Made by a program: the position numbers and the translations under genes | Assembly (NCBI GenBank): GCA_041694835.1 | Contig: JBGFRZ010000047.1 | Coordinates: forward strand, 1-23,883 | Source: Ignavibacteria bacterium | GTDB taxonomy: Bacteria; Elusimicrobiota; Endomicrobiia; PHAN01 | DNA: 23,883 nt | Direction of reading: 5' to 3' | Shown: positions 15,449 through 23,883 of the stretch, one piece after another | How the letters are laid out: the number at the start of each line of letters is the position of its first letter | Numbering within the stretch: the stretch's first letter is position 1 | The notes under the pieces: generated by a model | Databases searched by the model: none | What the model was told of the DNA's origin: nothing | What the model saw: only the letters and a program-made list of their open reading frames with translations

Positions 15449-16698
15449 AGTCTCTCTCCTGGTATGCTTAAAATTTCATCCACCACATTCTCAATTTTTA
15501 CGGTTTTTTGGGAACCGTCGGCCATGTTTTTCAGTATCACCTCATTTTTTTTGAACTCTTCCTCGGCGAATATTATGGAAAAATCGAAAGCCATCTTGTT
15601 CGCCGAGTTCAACTGGCTTTTCAGCGATCTGGCGGGAATAGGCCCCTCAGTGACAAACCGATTTTCCCTGAGTTTTAACGCCAGTGAGAGGGCTTTGTTT
15701 TTGAAGTCGTCGCTTTGTATGGCAACAAAAAATTTTTTTGAATTTTTTATCGGAATATTTTCCGAAGCGAGAATGAGTCTTTCTACCCCTATGGCAAAAC
15801 CACAGGCGGGCGTGGCTTTGCCGCCCATTTCTTCAACGAGACAGTCATATCTTCCGCCGGCGGCTATGGTGTCCTGAGCCCCCAGAACATCGGATTTTAT
15901 TTCAAAAACCGTTCCGGTATAATAGTCGAGACCACGGACAATTTTGGGTTCAACGGCGAAATCTATTTTTTGCTCGTTCAGTATACTCTTTAACTCATAG
16001 AAATGATTTTCACAATTCCGGCAGAGGTGTTCGTATGCGGCTGGGAAATCTTCGAGCTTTTTTTTGTCCGTCCTGCAGTCGAGCACTCTTAATGGGTTTT
16101 TGTCAATCCGCCTTTGGCAGTCTTCGCAAAGCGTGTCTTTTATTCTCACCGAGTATTCCTTGATTTTTTGAGAGTAGGTGGGACGACACTCTCTGCATCC
16201 GATAGAGTTTATGTTGATTTTTCTGCTTTTGACGCCGCACTCTCCGAGAATTTTATCGGCTAAAATGATTATTTCAGCATCTGAAACCGCCGATCCGTTT
16301 CCAAAGTACTCGCATCCGATCTGATAAAATTCTCTGTATCTTCCTTCTTGCGGTCTTTCATATCTGAACATAGACCCCGAGTAAAAAAGTTTTGTGACGG
16401 GATAAGTCGCAAAAAGGTTGTTTTGGATGCAGCTCCTTACCACCCCGGCCGTTCCTTCCGGTCTTAACGCAACCGTTCTTTCGCCTTTATCCTTGAATAT
16501 GTACATCTGTTTTTCAACTATATCGGTCGACTCACCTATGGTTCTTAAAAAAAGAGATACCTCTTCGACGGAAGGCAATTTTATTTCGACGTAATTGAAG
16601 CTTTGGAAAATCTCCCTTGATTTTTGTTTTATCAGGAAGATTTTTGATGCCTCTTGCCCGATGATATCGCGCATTCCTCTTAGGCTGCGGTATTTCAT
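15445..16698 (-). CDS. hisS: Histidine--tRNA ligase (start placed at ATG 16698)
   Basis: Motifs RGMRD, TDIVEKQMY.F.D, LRPEGTA, MFRYERPQ.GRYREFYQ, VRGLDYY and GGRYD, plus the C-terminal anticodon-binding domain that HisZ lacks. Confidence 0.95.
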   Translation of the reverse strand: MKYRSLRGMRDIIGQEASKIFLIKQKSREIFQSFNYVEIKLPSVEEVSLFLRTIGESTDIVEKQMYIFKDKGERTVALRPEGTAGVVRSCIQNNLFATYPVTKLFYSGSMFRYERPQEGRYREFYQIGCEYFGNGSAVSDAEIIILADKILGECGVKSRKININSIGCRECRPTYSQKIKEYSVRIKDTLCEDCQRRIDKNPLRVLDCRTDKKKLEDFPAAYEHLCRNCENHFYELKSILNEQKIDFAVEPKIVRGLDYYTGTVFEIKSDVLGAQDTIAAGGRYDCLVEEMGGKATPACGFAIGVERLILASENIPIKNSKKFFVAIQSDDFKNKALSLALKLRENRFVTEGPIPARSLKSQLNSANKMAFDFSIIFAEEEFKKNEVILKNMADGSQKTVKIENVVDEILSIPGERL

Positions 16699-16725
16699 AG
16701 TTATTGTTTCAAAAAATAAAATATA

Positions 16726-16944
16726 ACCACGGAAGTACGAAATCACGAAAATTCAAATGAGAACTCCATGTATTTCGTGCTCGGAGACCTTTTTGTGTGA
16801 TAGCAATCGCATCGCTACTTACTTAGCTTAGAGTTTAGAGAAGAGCGTCAAGAGAAAAGAGATGAGAGGCGCCAGACGGGAAACTTTTATTCACCTTCCG
16901 CCTTCCACCGCCTACCTTCTACCCTCTAATATTCTCTAATCTCT
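16726..16944. repeat. Intergenic degenerate octamer (CACGAAA/TTTCGTG) and heptamer (TTAGAG.../CTCTAA, CCTTCYR) repeat arms
   Basis: accacggaagtacgaaatcacgaaaa...tatttcgtg; ttagagtttagagaagag...ccttccg ccttcca ccgccta ccttcta ccctctaatattctctaatctct. Confidence 0.6.
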
Positions 16945-16952
16945 GTCCGCTA

Positions 16953-17129
16953 TTATAAATCTTCCGGAAGAGTGTTAATCGCTATGGCAAGAAGAAAAAG
17001 AACGGCGCTTATGCCTGCAAATGCGCGCGATTCAATTCCGAAAATCGGCTCAACCCTTATTCTGGATACAAACCCTACGATAGCAAGCACAACTCCCGCC
17101 ACAATTGCTGTTACAGAGATGAACTTCAT
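16953..17129 (-). CDS. Small two-TM membrane protein (58 aa; not in the ORF track)
   Basis: MKFISVTAIVAGVVLAIVGFVSRIRVEPIFGIESRAFAGISAVLFLLAIAINTLPEDL, with a strong GGAGGAGG upstream and co-oriented between lon and hisS. Confidence 0.75.
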   Translation of the reverse strand: MKFISVTAIVAGVVLAIVGFVSRIRVEPIFGIESRAFAGISAVLFLLAIAINTLPEDL

Positions 17130-17186
17130 AAAACCCTCCTCCCTATTTTAATTTGTTGACCGTCGATTTGATGATTTTTAGTAATA

Positions 17187-19553
17187 TCAACTTGTCAACT
17201 TGGTGTTTTTCTCGAGAGCCAACTCAAGGACTGTTTCAAGATTTTTTACATCAACCAGCTTTATTTTTTTAAGTATATGTTTCGGTATCTCTTCTATATC
17301 CTTTTTGTTCCCTTCGGGGTATATCACAATTTTTACCTCATCTCTGTATGCGGCTATTAGTTTCTCTTTCAGCCCGCCTATGGGCAAGACTCGGCCCCTG
17401 AGGGTTATTTCTCCTGTCATCGCCAGATCTTTCTTAACGGCTCTTTTTGTAAGAAGTGAGGCAAGAGCCGTCGTTATGGCTATACCGGCCGACGGTCCAT
17501 CTTTAGGTATAGCGCCTTCCGGGATGTGTATATGTATGTCGGATGCTTTAAATGTCGACGATGGGATTTTGTATTTCGGCGAAACCGATTTTATATAACT
17601 TAAAGCCGCCTGGGCGGATTCCTTCATAACATCTCCGAGCTTTCCCGTCAGGATAAGCTTCCCCGTCCCTTTCATAAGTGTAACTTCTATCGTCAGCGTT
17701 TCTCCGCCTACTTCGGTCCACGCAAGACCGGTGCAAACGCCGACGGCGTTGGGCGACACCCTTTCCTTGTAAAACTTCGGAATTCCGAGATAGTCCTTGA
17801 TGTTGTCGGGCATCAATACAACTTTCGACTTTTGCGATATGTTGCCGAGCGCTATTTCTTTTGCGTATTTTCTCGCGGCGTTGGCTATTTCTCTCTCAAG
17901 ATTTCTTACCCCGGCTTCTTGTGTATAGAGCTGAATTATGTTGCCGAGAGTTTCCTCGGGTATGACGAAGTGTTCAGGTTTTATGCCGTGCTCTTTGAGC
18001 TGTTTTGGTATCAGGAAGTTTTGCGCGATCTTTATTTTTTCTTCGATTGTATATCCTGGAAACCTTATAGTTTCAAGGCGGTCGACGAGTGCGGGGGGGA
18101 TTGAGTAGAGCGTATTCGCCGTGGTTATGAACATAACGTCGGAAAGGTCGAATTCGACATCAAGATAGTGGTCGGTAAAAGAATGATTTTGCTCCGGGTC
18201 CAAAACTTCCAGAAGCGCAGCCGCAGGGTCGCCGCGCCAGTCGGTTCCGAGTTTGTCTATTTCGTCGAGTATGAATACCGGATTTTTTGACTTCGCTTTT
18301 CTCATCGACTGAATTATTCTTCCGGGGAGCGAACCTATGTATGTGCGTCTGTGTCCCCTTATTTCCGCCTCGTCTCTGACGCCACCGAGCGATATTCTTA
18401 CAAAATTTCTGCCGAGCGAACGGGCTATAGAATGTGCGATGGAAGTCTTTCCGACGCCGGGCGGTCCGACAAAACAAAGTATCGGACCCTTTATTTTTTT
18501 GACGAGTCTTAAAACCGCCAAATATTCGAGGACCCTTTCTTTTGGTTTTTCAAGTCCGTAGTGGTCATCATCAAGGATTTTTTGGGCCCTTTTTATGTCG
18601 AGGTTATCTTGCGTGAAGTTTGCCCACGGCAGGTTTATCATCCAGTCGAGATAAGTTCTTGAAACCGTTGCCTCCGGCGAAAACGGCATCATTTTTTCAA
18701 GACGCTGAATCTCTTTTTCCGAAGATTCCTGTGCCTCTTTCGGCATTTTTGCCTGTTTTACTTTAGCTCTCAATTCGTCTATCTCTTTGGCGAAGTCGTC
18801 TTTCTGGCGGAGTTCTTTTTGTATGGCCTTCATCTGCTCGGTGAGATAGTACTCCTTCTGTGATTTTTCGATCTGATGACGTATCCTGCTTTGTATTCTT
18901 TTTTCGATATTTTGTATTTCAATCTCTTTATTAAGGAGTTGTGCTATTTTTTCGAGTCTTTCAGTGATGTTGAGAGTTTCGAGTATCTGCTGTTTTTCCG
19001 GTATTTTCAGGGTCAGATGCGCAGCTATGGTATCCGCAAATTTTCCGAGGTCGGTCATATTCGTTATCGCATTTGCAACCTCTAACGGAATTTTCTGGCT
19101 GACCCTGGTGTATGATTCAAAAGATGTCGTTATCCTTCTTACAAGGGCTTCTATCTCAAGGGTGTGCCCCATCTTCTCTTCTTTCAAAATTTCGATGTCG
19201 ACGGTGACGAATCCCTTTGCGGTTAGTTTAAAATTTTTCCATTTTGCCCTCTCAAGGCCTTCTACAAGGACCTTGAGCGTGCCGTCCGGCATTTTGAGAA
19301 GTTGTAGTATCTCAGAGATAATTCCTATGGCATACAGCTCTCCCTCCGTTGGATCGTCGATCTGCGAGTGTTTCTGCGTTACAAGAAGTATGTATTTTTG
19401 TCCGCTCATAGCTTCTTCAACCGCTTTTATCGATTTTTCCCTTCCTATGGCGAGAGGTATCACCATGGACGGAAAAACAACCACATCTCTGACCGGCAGA
19501 ACACCCACGTTTTCGGGAAATACCCTTACGTTGTTTGTTTTGGTTTCATTCAT
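17187..19553 (-). CDS. lon: ATP-dependent protease La (start placed at ATG 19553)
   Basis: N-domain LPVRDVVVFP, Walker A GPPGVGKT, DEAEIRGHRRTYIG, catalytic PKDGPSAG and IGGLKEK. Confidence 0.97.
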   Translation of the reverse strand: MNETKTNNVRVFPENVGVLPVRDVVVFPSMVIPLAIGREKSIKAVEEAMSGQKYILLVTQKHSQIDDPTEGELYAIGIISEILQLLKMPDGTLKVLVEGLERAKWKNFKLTAKGFVTVDIEILKEEKMGHTLEIEALVRRITTSFESYTRVSQKIPLEVANAITNMTDLGKFADTIAAHLTLKIPEKQQILETLNITERLEKIAQLLNKEIEIQNIEKRIQSRIRHQIEKSQKEYYLTEQMKAIQKELRQKDDFAKEIDELRAKVKQAKMPKEAQESSEKEIQRLEKMMPFSPEATVSRTYLDWMINLPWANFTQDNLDIKRAQKILDDDHYGLEKPKERVLEYLAVLRLVKKIKGPILCFVGPPGVGKTSIAHSIARSLGRNFVRISLGGVRDEAEIRGHRRTYIGSLPGRIIQSMRKAKSKNPVFILDEIDKLGTDWRGDPAAALLEVLDPEQNHSFTDHYLDVEFDLSDVMFITTANTLYSIPPALVDRLETIRFPGYTIEEKIKIAQNFLIPKQLKEHGIKPEHFVIPEETLGNIIQLYTQEAGVRNLEREIANAARKYAKEIALGNISQKSKVVLMPDNIKDYLGIPKFYKERVSPNAVGVCTGLAWTEVGGETLTIEVTLMKGTGKLILTGKLGDVMKESAQAALSYIKSVSPKYKIPSSTFKASDIHIHIPEGAIPKDGPSAGIAITTALASLLTKRAVKKDLAMTGEITLRGRVLPIGGLKEKLIAAYRDEVKIVIYPEGNKKDIEEIPKHILKKIKLVDVKNLETVLELALEKNTKLTS

Positions 19554-19589
19554 TTTATAACCTGTCCTTATGGTACAGAGCAATATAAA

Positions 19590-20834
19590 TTATGCCGAAA
19601 GTTCGTGATAGGTGATGAGTTTCGGCGCCGTAGAACCTTCGACGACATCCTTATCAACCACACATTTTTTGATGCCAGATTTCGCCGCTATTTCAGGGAG
19701 TTCGAACATCGTGTTGAGAAGCATGTTTTCTATTATCGACCTTAAACCTCTCGCCCCGCTTCCGTGTTTTATAGCCCTGTTGGCGATTTCATAAAGCGAT
19801 TCTTCGGTAAAGAGCAGTTCAACGCCTTCAAGAGCAAATATCTTCTGATATTGCTTAACTATGGCGTTTTTCGGCTCTTTCAAAATTTTAACCAAATCAT
19901 CTCTCTTTAAACTTTCAAGCGCTGCTACTATGGGGAGCCTTCCAACGAGTTCCGGAATAAGCCCGTATTTGATGAGGTCTTCCGGTCGGATTGACGATTT
20001 CAAAAGTTTATTGTCTCCTTTTTTAGACGATAAATTCATAAAACCCACGGTTTTAGATTCAATCCGCTCTTTCAATATTTTATCTATCCCGTCAAAAGCT
20101 CCGCCACATATGAAAAGGATATTTGTCGTATTGATTTGAACGAACTCCTGTTGGGGGTGTTTCCTTCCGCCCTGCGGAGGGACGTTCGCCGTCGTCCCCT
20201 CTATGATTTTCAAAAGAGCCTGTTGAACTCCCTCACCCGAAACATCCCGGGTAATCGAAGGATTTTCGGATTTTCTTGAAATTTTGTCGAGCTCATCGAT
20301 ATAGATTATGCCCTTCTCGCATTTTTTTATATTATAATTTGAGTTCTGAAGAAGTCGCACGAGAATGTTTTCAACGTCCTCGCCTACATATCCCGCCTCG
20401 GTCAGCGTCGTCGCGTCCGCTATGGCGAAAGGGACGTGGAGAATTTTCGCAAGTGTTTGCGCCAGGAGGGTTTTTCCAGTTCCGGTAGGACCTATCAAAA
20501 GTATGTTTGATTTCTGCATCTCTACACCGTCAATAACCCCGCCTTTTTCCATTCTCTTGTAGTGGTTGTAAACGGCAACCGCCAGCACCTTTTTTGCCTC
20601 CTCCTGTCCGATTACATGCTCGTCGAGAATTTTTTTTATTTTAGTCGGTGTTGGAAGTGAACGAGATTCTTTTAAAAGTTCCTCTTTTTCAATCTCGCAC
20701 AGCAGAGCGCTCGCGGTTTTGACGCATTCCGAACAGATGTATTTGCCGCGGCTACCTATAAGGTGTATGCCCTGCGATCTTTTTTTAAGGCAAAATTCGC
20801 ATTGCGTTTCGTATGATTGTTTAGTTTCCGTCAT
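19590..20834 (-). CDS. clpX: Clp protease ATP-binding subunit ClpX
   Basis: C4 zinc domain (CEFC...CSEC), [44 protein letters not shown] and a VGF loop. Confidence 0.97.
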   Translation of the reverse strand: MTETKQSYETQCEFCLKKRSQGIHLIGSRGKYICSECVKTASALLCEIEKEELLKESRSLPTPTKIKKILDEHVIGQEEAKKVLAVAVYNHYKRMEKGGVIDGVEMQKSNILLIGPTGTGKTLLAQTLAKILHVPFAIADATTLTEAGYVGEDVENILVRLLQNSNYNIKKCEKGIIYIDELDKISRKSENPSITRDVSGEGVQQALLKIIEGTTANVPPQGGRKHPQQEFVQINTTNILFICGGAFDGIDKILKERIESKTVGFMNLSSKKGDNKLLKSSIRPEDLIKYGLIPELVGRLPIVAALESLKRDDLVKILKEPKNAIVKQYQKIFALEGVELLFTEESLYEIANRAIKHGSGARGLRSIIENMLLNTMFELPEIAAKSGIKKCVVDKDVVEGSTAPKLITYHELSA

Positions 20835-21445
20835 TTTGTTTTCCTTGAAACTATTATTTCGTCGATTATGCCATAATTTTTAGATTCCTCGGCGCTCATG
20901 TAAAAGTTTCTCTCGGTGTCGTGCTTTACCTTTTCTCGGGACTGCCCCGTATGCTTTGAGATAATCTCAATAAGCCTGTTTTTTGTATTTAAGAGCTCTT
21001 TGGTTTCGATGTCTATGTCCGTTACGGCGCCGGAAAGTCCTTCCCCATATATTAGCGGCTGATGGAGCATTATTCGTGAGTGGGGTAGGGCGTATCTTTT
21101 TCCTTTTGTGCCAGCCGCAAGAAGGAGGGCACCGAATGACATAGCCATCCCTATGCATATGGTTGTTATAGGGGATTTTATGTACTGCATCGTGTCGTAA
21201 ACGGCCAGCCCCGCCGTAACTATTCCGCCGGGCGAGTTTATATAGAGATTTATGTCTCTGTCGGGGGCTTCAGCCTCAAGATATAAAAGCTGTGCGATTA
21301 TGAGGTTCGCCGAATCGGTTGTAACGGTTCCACCGTATCCGCCGACGAATATGATTCTGTCTTTAAGCAACCGCGAATAAATGTCGTATCCAACCGCCGC
21401 TCCCTGATTCCATCTTTCAATTATCGTGGGTACAACATTTGCCAT
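20831..21445 (-). CDS. clpP: Clp protease proteolytic subunit (start placed at ATG 21445)
   Basis: Motifs [28 protein letters not shown] (catalytic Ser) and MLHQP (His). GGAGG precedes the ATG at 21445. Confidence 0.96.
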   Translation of the reverse strand: MANVVPTIIERWNQGAAVGYDIYSRLLKDRIIFVGGYGGTVTTDSANLIIAQLLYLEAEAPDRDINLYINSPGGIVTAGLAVYDTMQYIKSPITTICIGMAMSFGALLLAAGTKGKRYALPHSRIMLHQPLIYGEGLSGAVTDIDIETKELLNTKNRLIEIISKHTGQSREKVKHDTERNFYMSAEESKNYGIIDEIIVSRKTK

Positions 21446-21490
21446 AAAACCTCCAAACAACGAAGCATATGCACAAGTGCACAAAGGATA

Positions 21491-21580
21491 GTAGATGGTA
21501 GTGGGTTGTGGTCGCATTGCTATGCGACAATTTGCGGGCTCGCAATCCCGCCGCTAGTATCTACCCGCTACTCGCTACTG
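21491..21580. repeat. Inverted heptamer element with two internal hairpins between tig and clpP
   Basis: gtagatg gtagtgg ... atctacc cgctact cgctact, with inner GTCGCAT-TGCT-ATGCGAC and TTGCG-GGCT-CGCAA. Confidence 0.6.
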
Positions 21581-21681
21581 TTCTAATGCCCAGCTGCTCC
21601 GTCTCATTTTTGAGCAATTACTTAAAAATCTTTTTTCTACGAGTGTATGATGGCTCTACCGCTTTGCTGTTATTATTGTAG

Positions 21682-22971
21682 TTATTTGACCGCTTCTTCT
21701 TTGATTATAGCATTATCAATGATGAACTTAAATACTTTTTCTTTTAGTATATCATATTTTATCTGCGAAATATCCGCCTGCCATTTTTTTTCAAAATCCG
21801 CCGGGTTTTTATCGTATATTTTTTTGAGCGTTTCCTTGGTTTTATCGAGATCGTCGTCCGTAACCGAGATTTTTTCGGCTGTCGCTATGAAGTCATAGAT
21901 GTAAAAAAGATTGAGCGCATCCCTCGCATCTTCAAGCGATTTTTTTTCGACAGCTTCTTTATTCTTGTCCCACTCTTGTTCATTCGCTCCTTTCGAAAGA
22001 AAATATCTCTTCATCGATTCAATCAGCGATTTTTGGTAGTCGGATGTTATCTTTTCCGGAACTTCGAACCGATTGTTTCTGAGAAGGAAATCCTCTATCT
22101 GTTTATGCATGTTCTCTTTTGTCTTTTGCTCTTCGTCGAAAACGAGTGATGATTTGATGTTGGTTTTCAAAGATTCGAGGCTTTCGAAACCGAGATCTTT
22201 TGCGAATTCGTCGTCCAGATTAGGAAGAATTTTTTTCTTGACATCCTTGACTACCGCCTCAAGATTCCCATTTCTGCCGGCAAGATTTTTGTTAGGATGA
22301 TTTTCAGGGAACGACACTTCTATCGTCTTTTTGTCGCCTATTTTCGAACCTATAAGGGCTTCATTGAGACCCTTGATGTTCGCCTGATTCGAAACATCGA
22401 CCAGGAAATTCTGAGCCGAAGCATTTTTGATTTTATTTCCGTCGGCATAGAGAGTGTAATCGATTATGGCGAAGCTTTCCCTGTCGATAGTTTTGGTTAA
22501 ATCGGGGCAGAGAGATGCATTACGTTCTTGAAGCAGTCCGAGTCTCGACTCGATGTCGGCCTCGTCCGTCGGCTTTGTTTTTTTTGTGAGTTTAATTTTT
22601 TTGTAGTTCTTGACTTCGATTTCCGGATGACGTTCGACAAGCACGTTGAAGGTCAGGTTCTTTTCGGGCTCATAGGAAATATGGGTTATCATCGGAGTCG
22701 CCGCTGTTTTTATATTTTCTTTTTCGATATAGTCATATATAAGTTCCGTCGAAAGCTTTGACACCATTCTTTCGCCGGCGGTTTTAGAAAATTCTTTTTC
22801 GATTGTTTCAATGGGCGCTTTCCCAACCCTGAAGCCCGGTAGTTGCGCTTCTTTTTGAATTTCCTTAAATATCCTATCCAGATATTCACCGACTTTTTCT
22901 TTGCCAACTTCAAAAGTAATCGTGATTTTGCACGGTTCAGATTTAAGCACCTTGATAGATGTTTTTTCCAT
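21682..22971 (-). CDS. tig: Trigger factor
   Basis: LPGFRVGKAP ribosome-binding signature, FKBP-like FP..HP...LAG and LDDEFAKDLG, in the canonical tig-clpP-clpX-lon order. Confidence 0.95.
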   Translation of the reverse strand: MEKTSIKVLKSEPCKITITFEVGKEKVGEYLDRIFKEIQKEAQLPGFRVGKAPIETIEKEFSKTAGERMVSKLSTELIYDYIEKENIKTAATPMITHISYEPEKNLTFNVLVERHPEIEVKNYKKIKLTKKTKPTDEADIESRLGLLQERNASLCPDLTKTIDRESFAIIDYTLYADGNKIKNASAQNFLVDVSNQANIKGLNEALIGSKIGDKKTIEVSFPENHPNKNLAGRNGNLEAVVKDVKKKILPNLDDEFAKDLGFESLESLKTNIKSSLVFDEEQKTKENMHKQIEDFLLRNNRFEVPEKITSDYQKSLIESMKRYFLSKGANEQEWDKNKEAVEKKSLEDARDALNLFYIYDFIATAEKISVTDDDLDKTKETLKKIYDKNPADFEKKWQADISQIKYDILKEKVFKFIIDNAIIKEEAVK

Positions 22972-23006
22972 ATTTTATCCTTTCGATATTTAATTTTCAA
23001 TTATCT

Positions 23007-23088
23007 TGCCGCGGGAGGGAGTTGAACCCACACGAGTCACCTCACACGGTCCTAAGCCGTGCGCGTCTGCCAGTTCCGCCACCGCGGC
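23007..23088 (-). tRNA. tRNA-Leu (anticodon TAG)
   Basis: GCCGCGG...CACGG-CT-TAG-GA-CCGTG, a long variable arm (GAG-GTGA-CTC), GGTTCAACTCC and CCGCGGC-A. Confidence 0.95.
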
Positions 23089-23182
23089 GAACATATCGAC
23101 TTCGTCGCAAATTAAAAATTATGAAATTTGTCTTTTTGTATTAGTTTTTAATTTTACATTTTAATAGTCCGATGCGTTAAAA

Positions 23183-23254
23183 TACGCCCGGAGGGAGTTG
23201 AACCCACAACCAACGGATTAAGAGTCCGCTGCTCTACCATTGAGCTACGGGCGC
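23183..23254 (-). tRNA. tRNA-Lys (anticodon CTT)
   Basis: GCGCCCG TA GCTCAATGGTAGAGC A GCGGA-CT-CTT-AA-TCCGT ... GGTTCAACTCC ... CGGGCGT-A. Confidence 0.95.
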
Positions 23255-23269
23255 ACAAAAATAGATTAT

Positions 23270-23445
23270 GAGATTATTGAAAAACCCATCTTTTTCACTT
23301 AAAGAGCAATTTTTTAACGGTTAAAAGTTTCAATCGGCCCGCAAAACTCCTTGTTTTGCTCGTCGGACATTGCGGTCTAAACGATTTCAACTTTTAACCT
23401 GAAACTGCCAGATCCTTCAAAAAATTAAGGTTTTTCAACACTCTC
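23270..23445. mobile_element. MITE-like element (176 bp) with a 5-bp target duplication
   Basis: TIR GAGATTATTGAAAAACC / GGTTTTTCAACACTCTC (15/17 match), ATTAT on both sides (23265-23269 and 23446-23450), and an internal IR GGTTAAAAGTT / AACTTTTAACC. Confidence 0.8.
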
Positions 23446-23507
23446 ATTATATAAAATTTGGTAATAGCCAAAGAAAACGGACTAAAATTATGCTAAAATA
23501 AGACATT

Positions 23508-23695
23508 GTGAAACGACAATGTCCCCAATGTTCTCACTGTTGGGCATGGAGGCTTAAAGACGGTAGATACAAGTGCCGCAAGTGCGAGCACAGATATAGT
23601 TTCAAAAGTATATAGGAAACATTCAGGATTTCTGAAAGTGCTAAAAAGAGGCTTTTGGAATATTTTGTTTTGGGCGTGCCTGTTTATCGACTTAG
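23508..23695 (+). pseudogene. N-terminal fragment of an IS1595-family-like transposase
   Basis: VKRQCPQCSHCWAWRLKDGRYKCRKCEHRYSFKSI*ETFRISESAKKRLLEYFVLGVPVYRL: a zinc ribbon plus an HTH-like start, with an in-frame TAG at 23613-23615. The family call is from recalled motif resemblance. Confidence 0.6.
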
Positions 23696-23883
23696 GGTCT
23701 GCTGATAAATTATTTTTTTGTTAATATCTTGAAACGATGGCTCTCAACTTTTACTGTTTTTTTGCTACTTTGTTGATAACTTCGTTTGCTTTTCTTAGAT
23801 TCTTGCCATCGCTGTGGATAAATTCATCCCTATTAAGCCTAACCTGATGTTCAACTCTTCATTTTTGTAAACCAACCGTTCTA
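23696..23883 (-). mobile_element. Probable right end of an IS5-family-like element with a transposase C-terminus (23795-23881), cut by the window edge
   Basis: The - strand reads ERLVYKNEELNIRLGLIGMNLSTAMARI* and then ...TTTATCAGCAGACC|CTAA. It truncates the preceding fragment at a TTAG/CTAA site. Confidence 0.45.

Noticed and set aside
15445-16746. hisZ rather than hisS, and the longer start at 16746
   Set aside because: The anticodon-binding domain is present and HisG is the long form. The extension lies in an intergenic repeat.
17200-20562. Numerous antisense ORFs within lon and clpX (and similarly in hisG, hisS, tig and the HEAT gene)
   Set aside because: These are shadow ORFs of conserved genes, without motifs or RBS support.
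21446-21517. 24-aa N-terminal extension of ClpP
   Set aside because: It is repeat-derived, and a clear GGAGG precedes the ATG at 21445.

Overview
Bacterial window of about 40% GC. The lineage cannot be fixed from sequence alone, but the gene content would fit an Elusimicrobiota-like diderm. The + strand (1-7291) carries an envelope/secretion cluster: a ComEA-like HhH protein with a probable beta-barrel, an OmpP1/PorV-like barrel, an S8 peptidase with a T9SS/FlgD-like C-terminus, a PorV/PorQ-like protein and a small CxxC protein. The - strand carries housekeeping genes, in reading order: tRNA-Lys, tRNA-Leu, tig-clpP-clpX-lon, hisS-hisG, a HEAT-repeat protein, a membrane protein, an FGE-family protein, gltX, DUF1844 and tRNA-Gln. 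IS remnants and a MITE lie at the right end. The striking layer is a family of elements built from inverted arms of short-period (7-, 8- or 10-nt) tandem repeats. Three copies carry a four-helix-bundle (IVS-protein-like) gene: two are pseudogenised and one is cut by the window edge. In each, the right arm is translated as the same signal-peptide-like N-terminus (MRKPFTIRYSLFAICLLFAIR) of a different downstream protein. Empty or nested versions form a 66-aa in-frame insert in GluRS and about 115 aa at the N-terminus of the HEAT protein. Others sit directly on ribosome-binding sites, and one nested stack at 10.8-11.6 kb has swapped 8-bp target duplications that suggest integration of a small circle.
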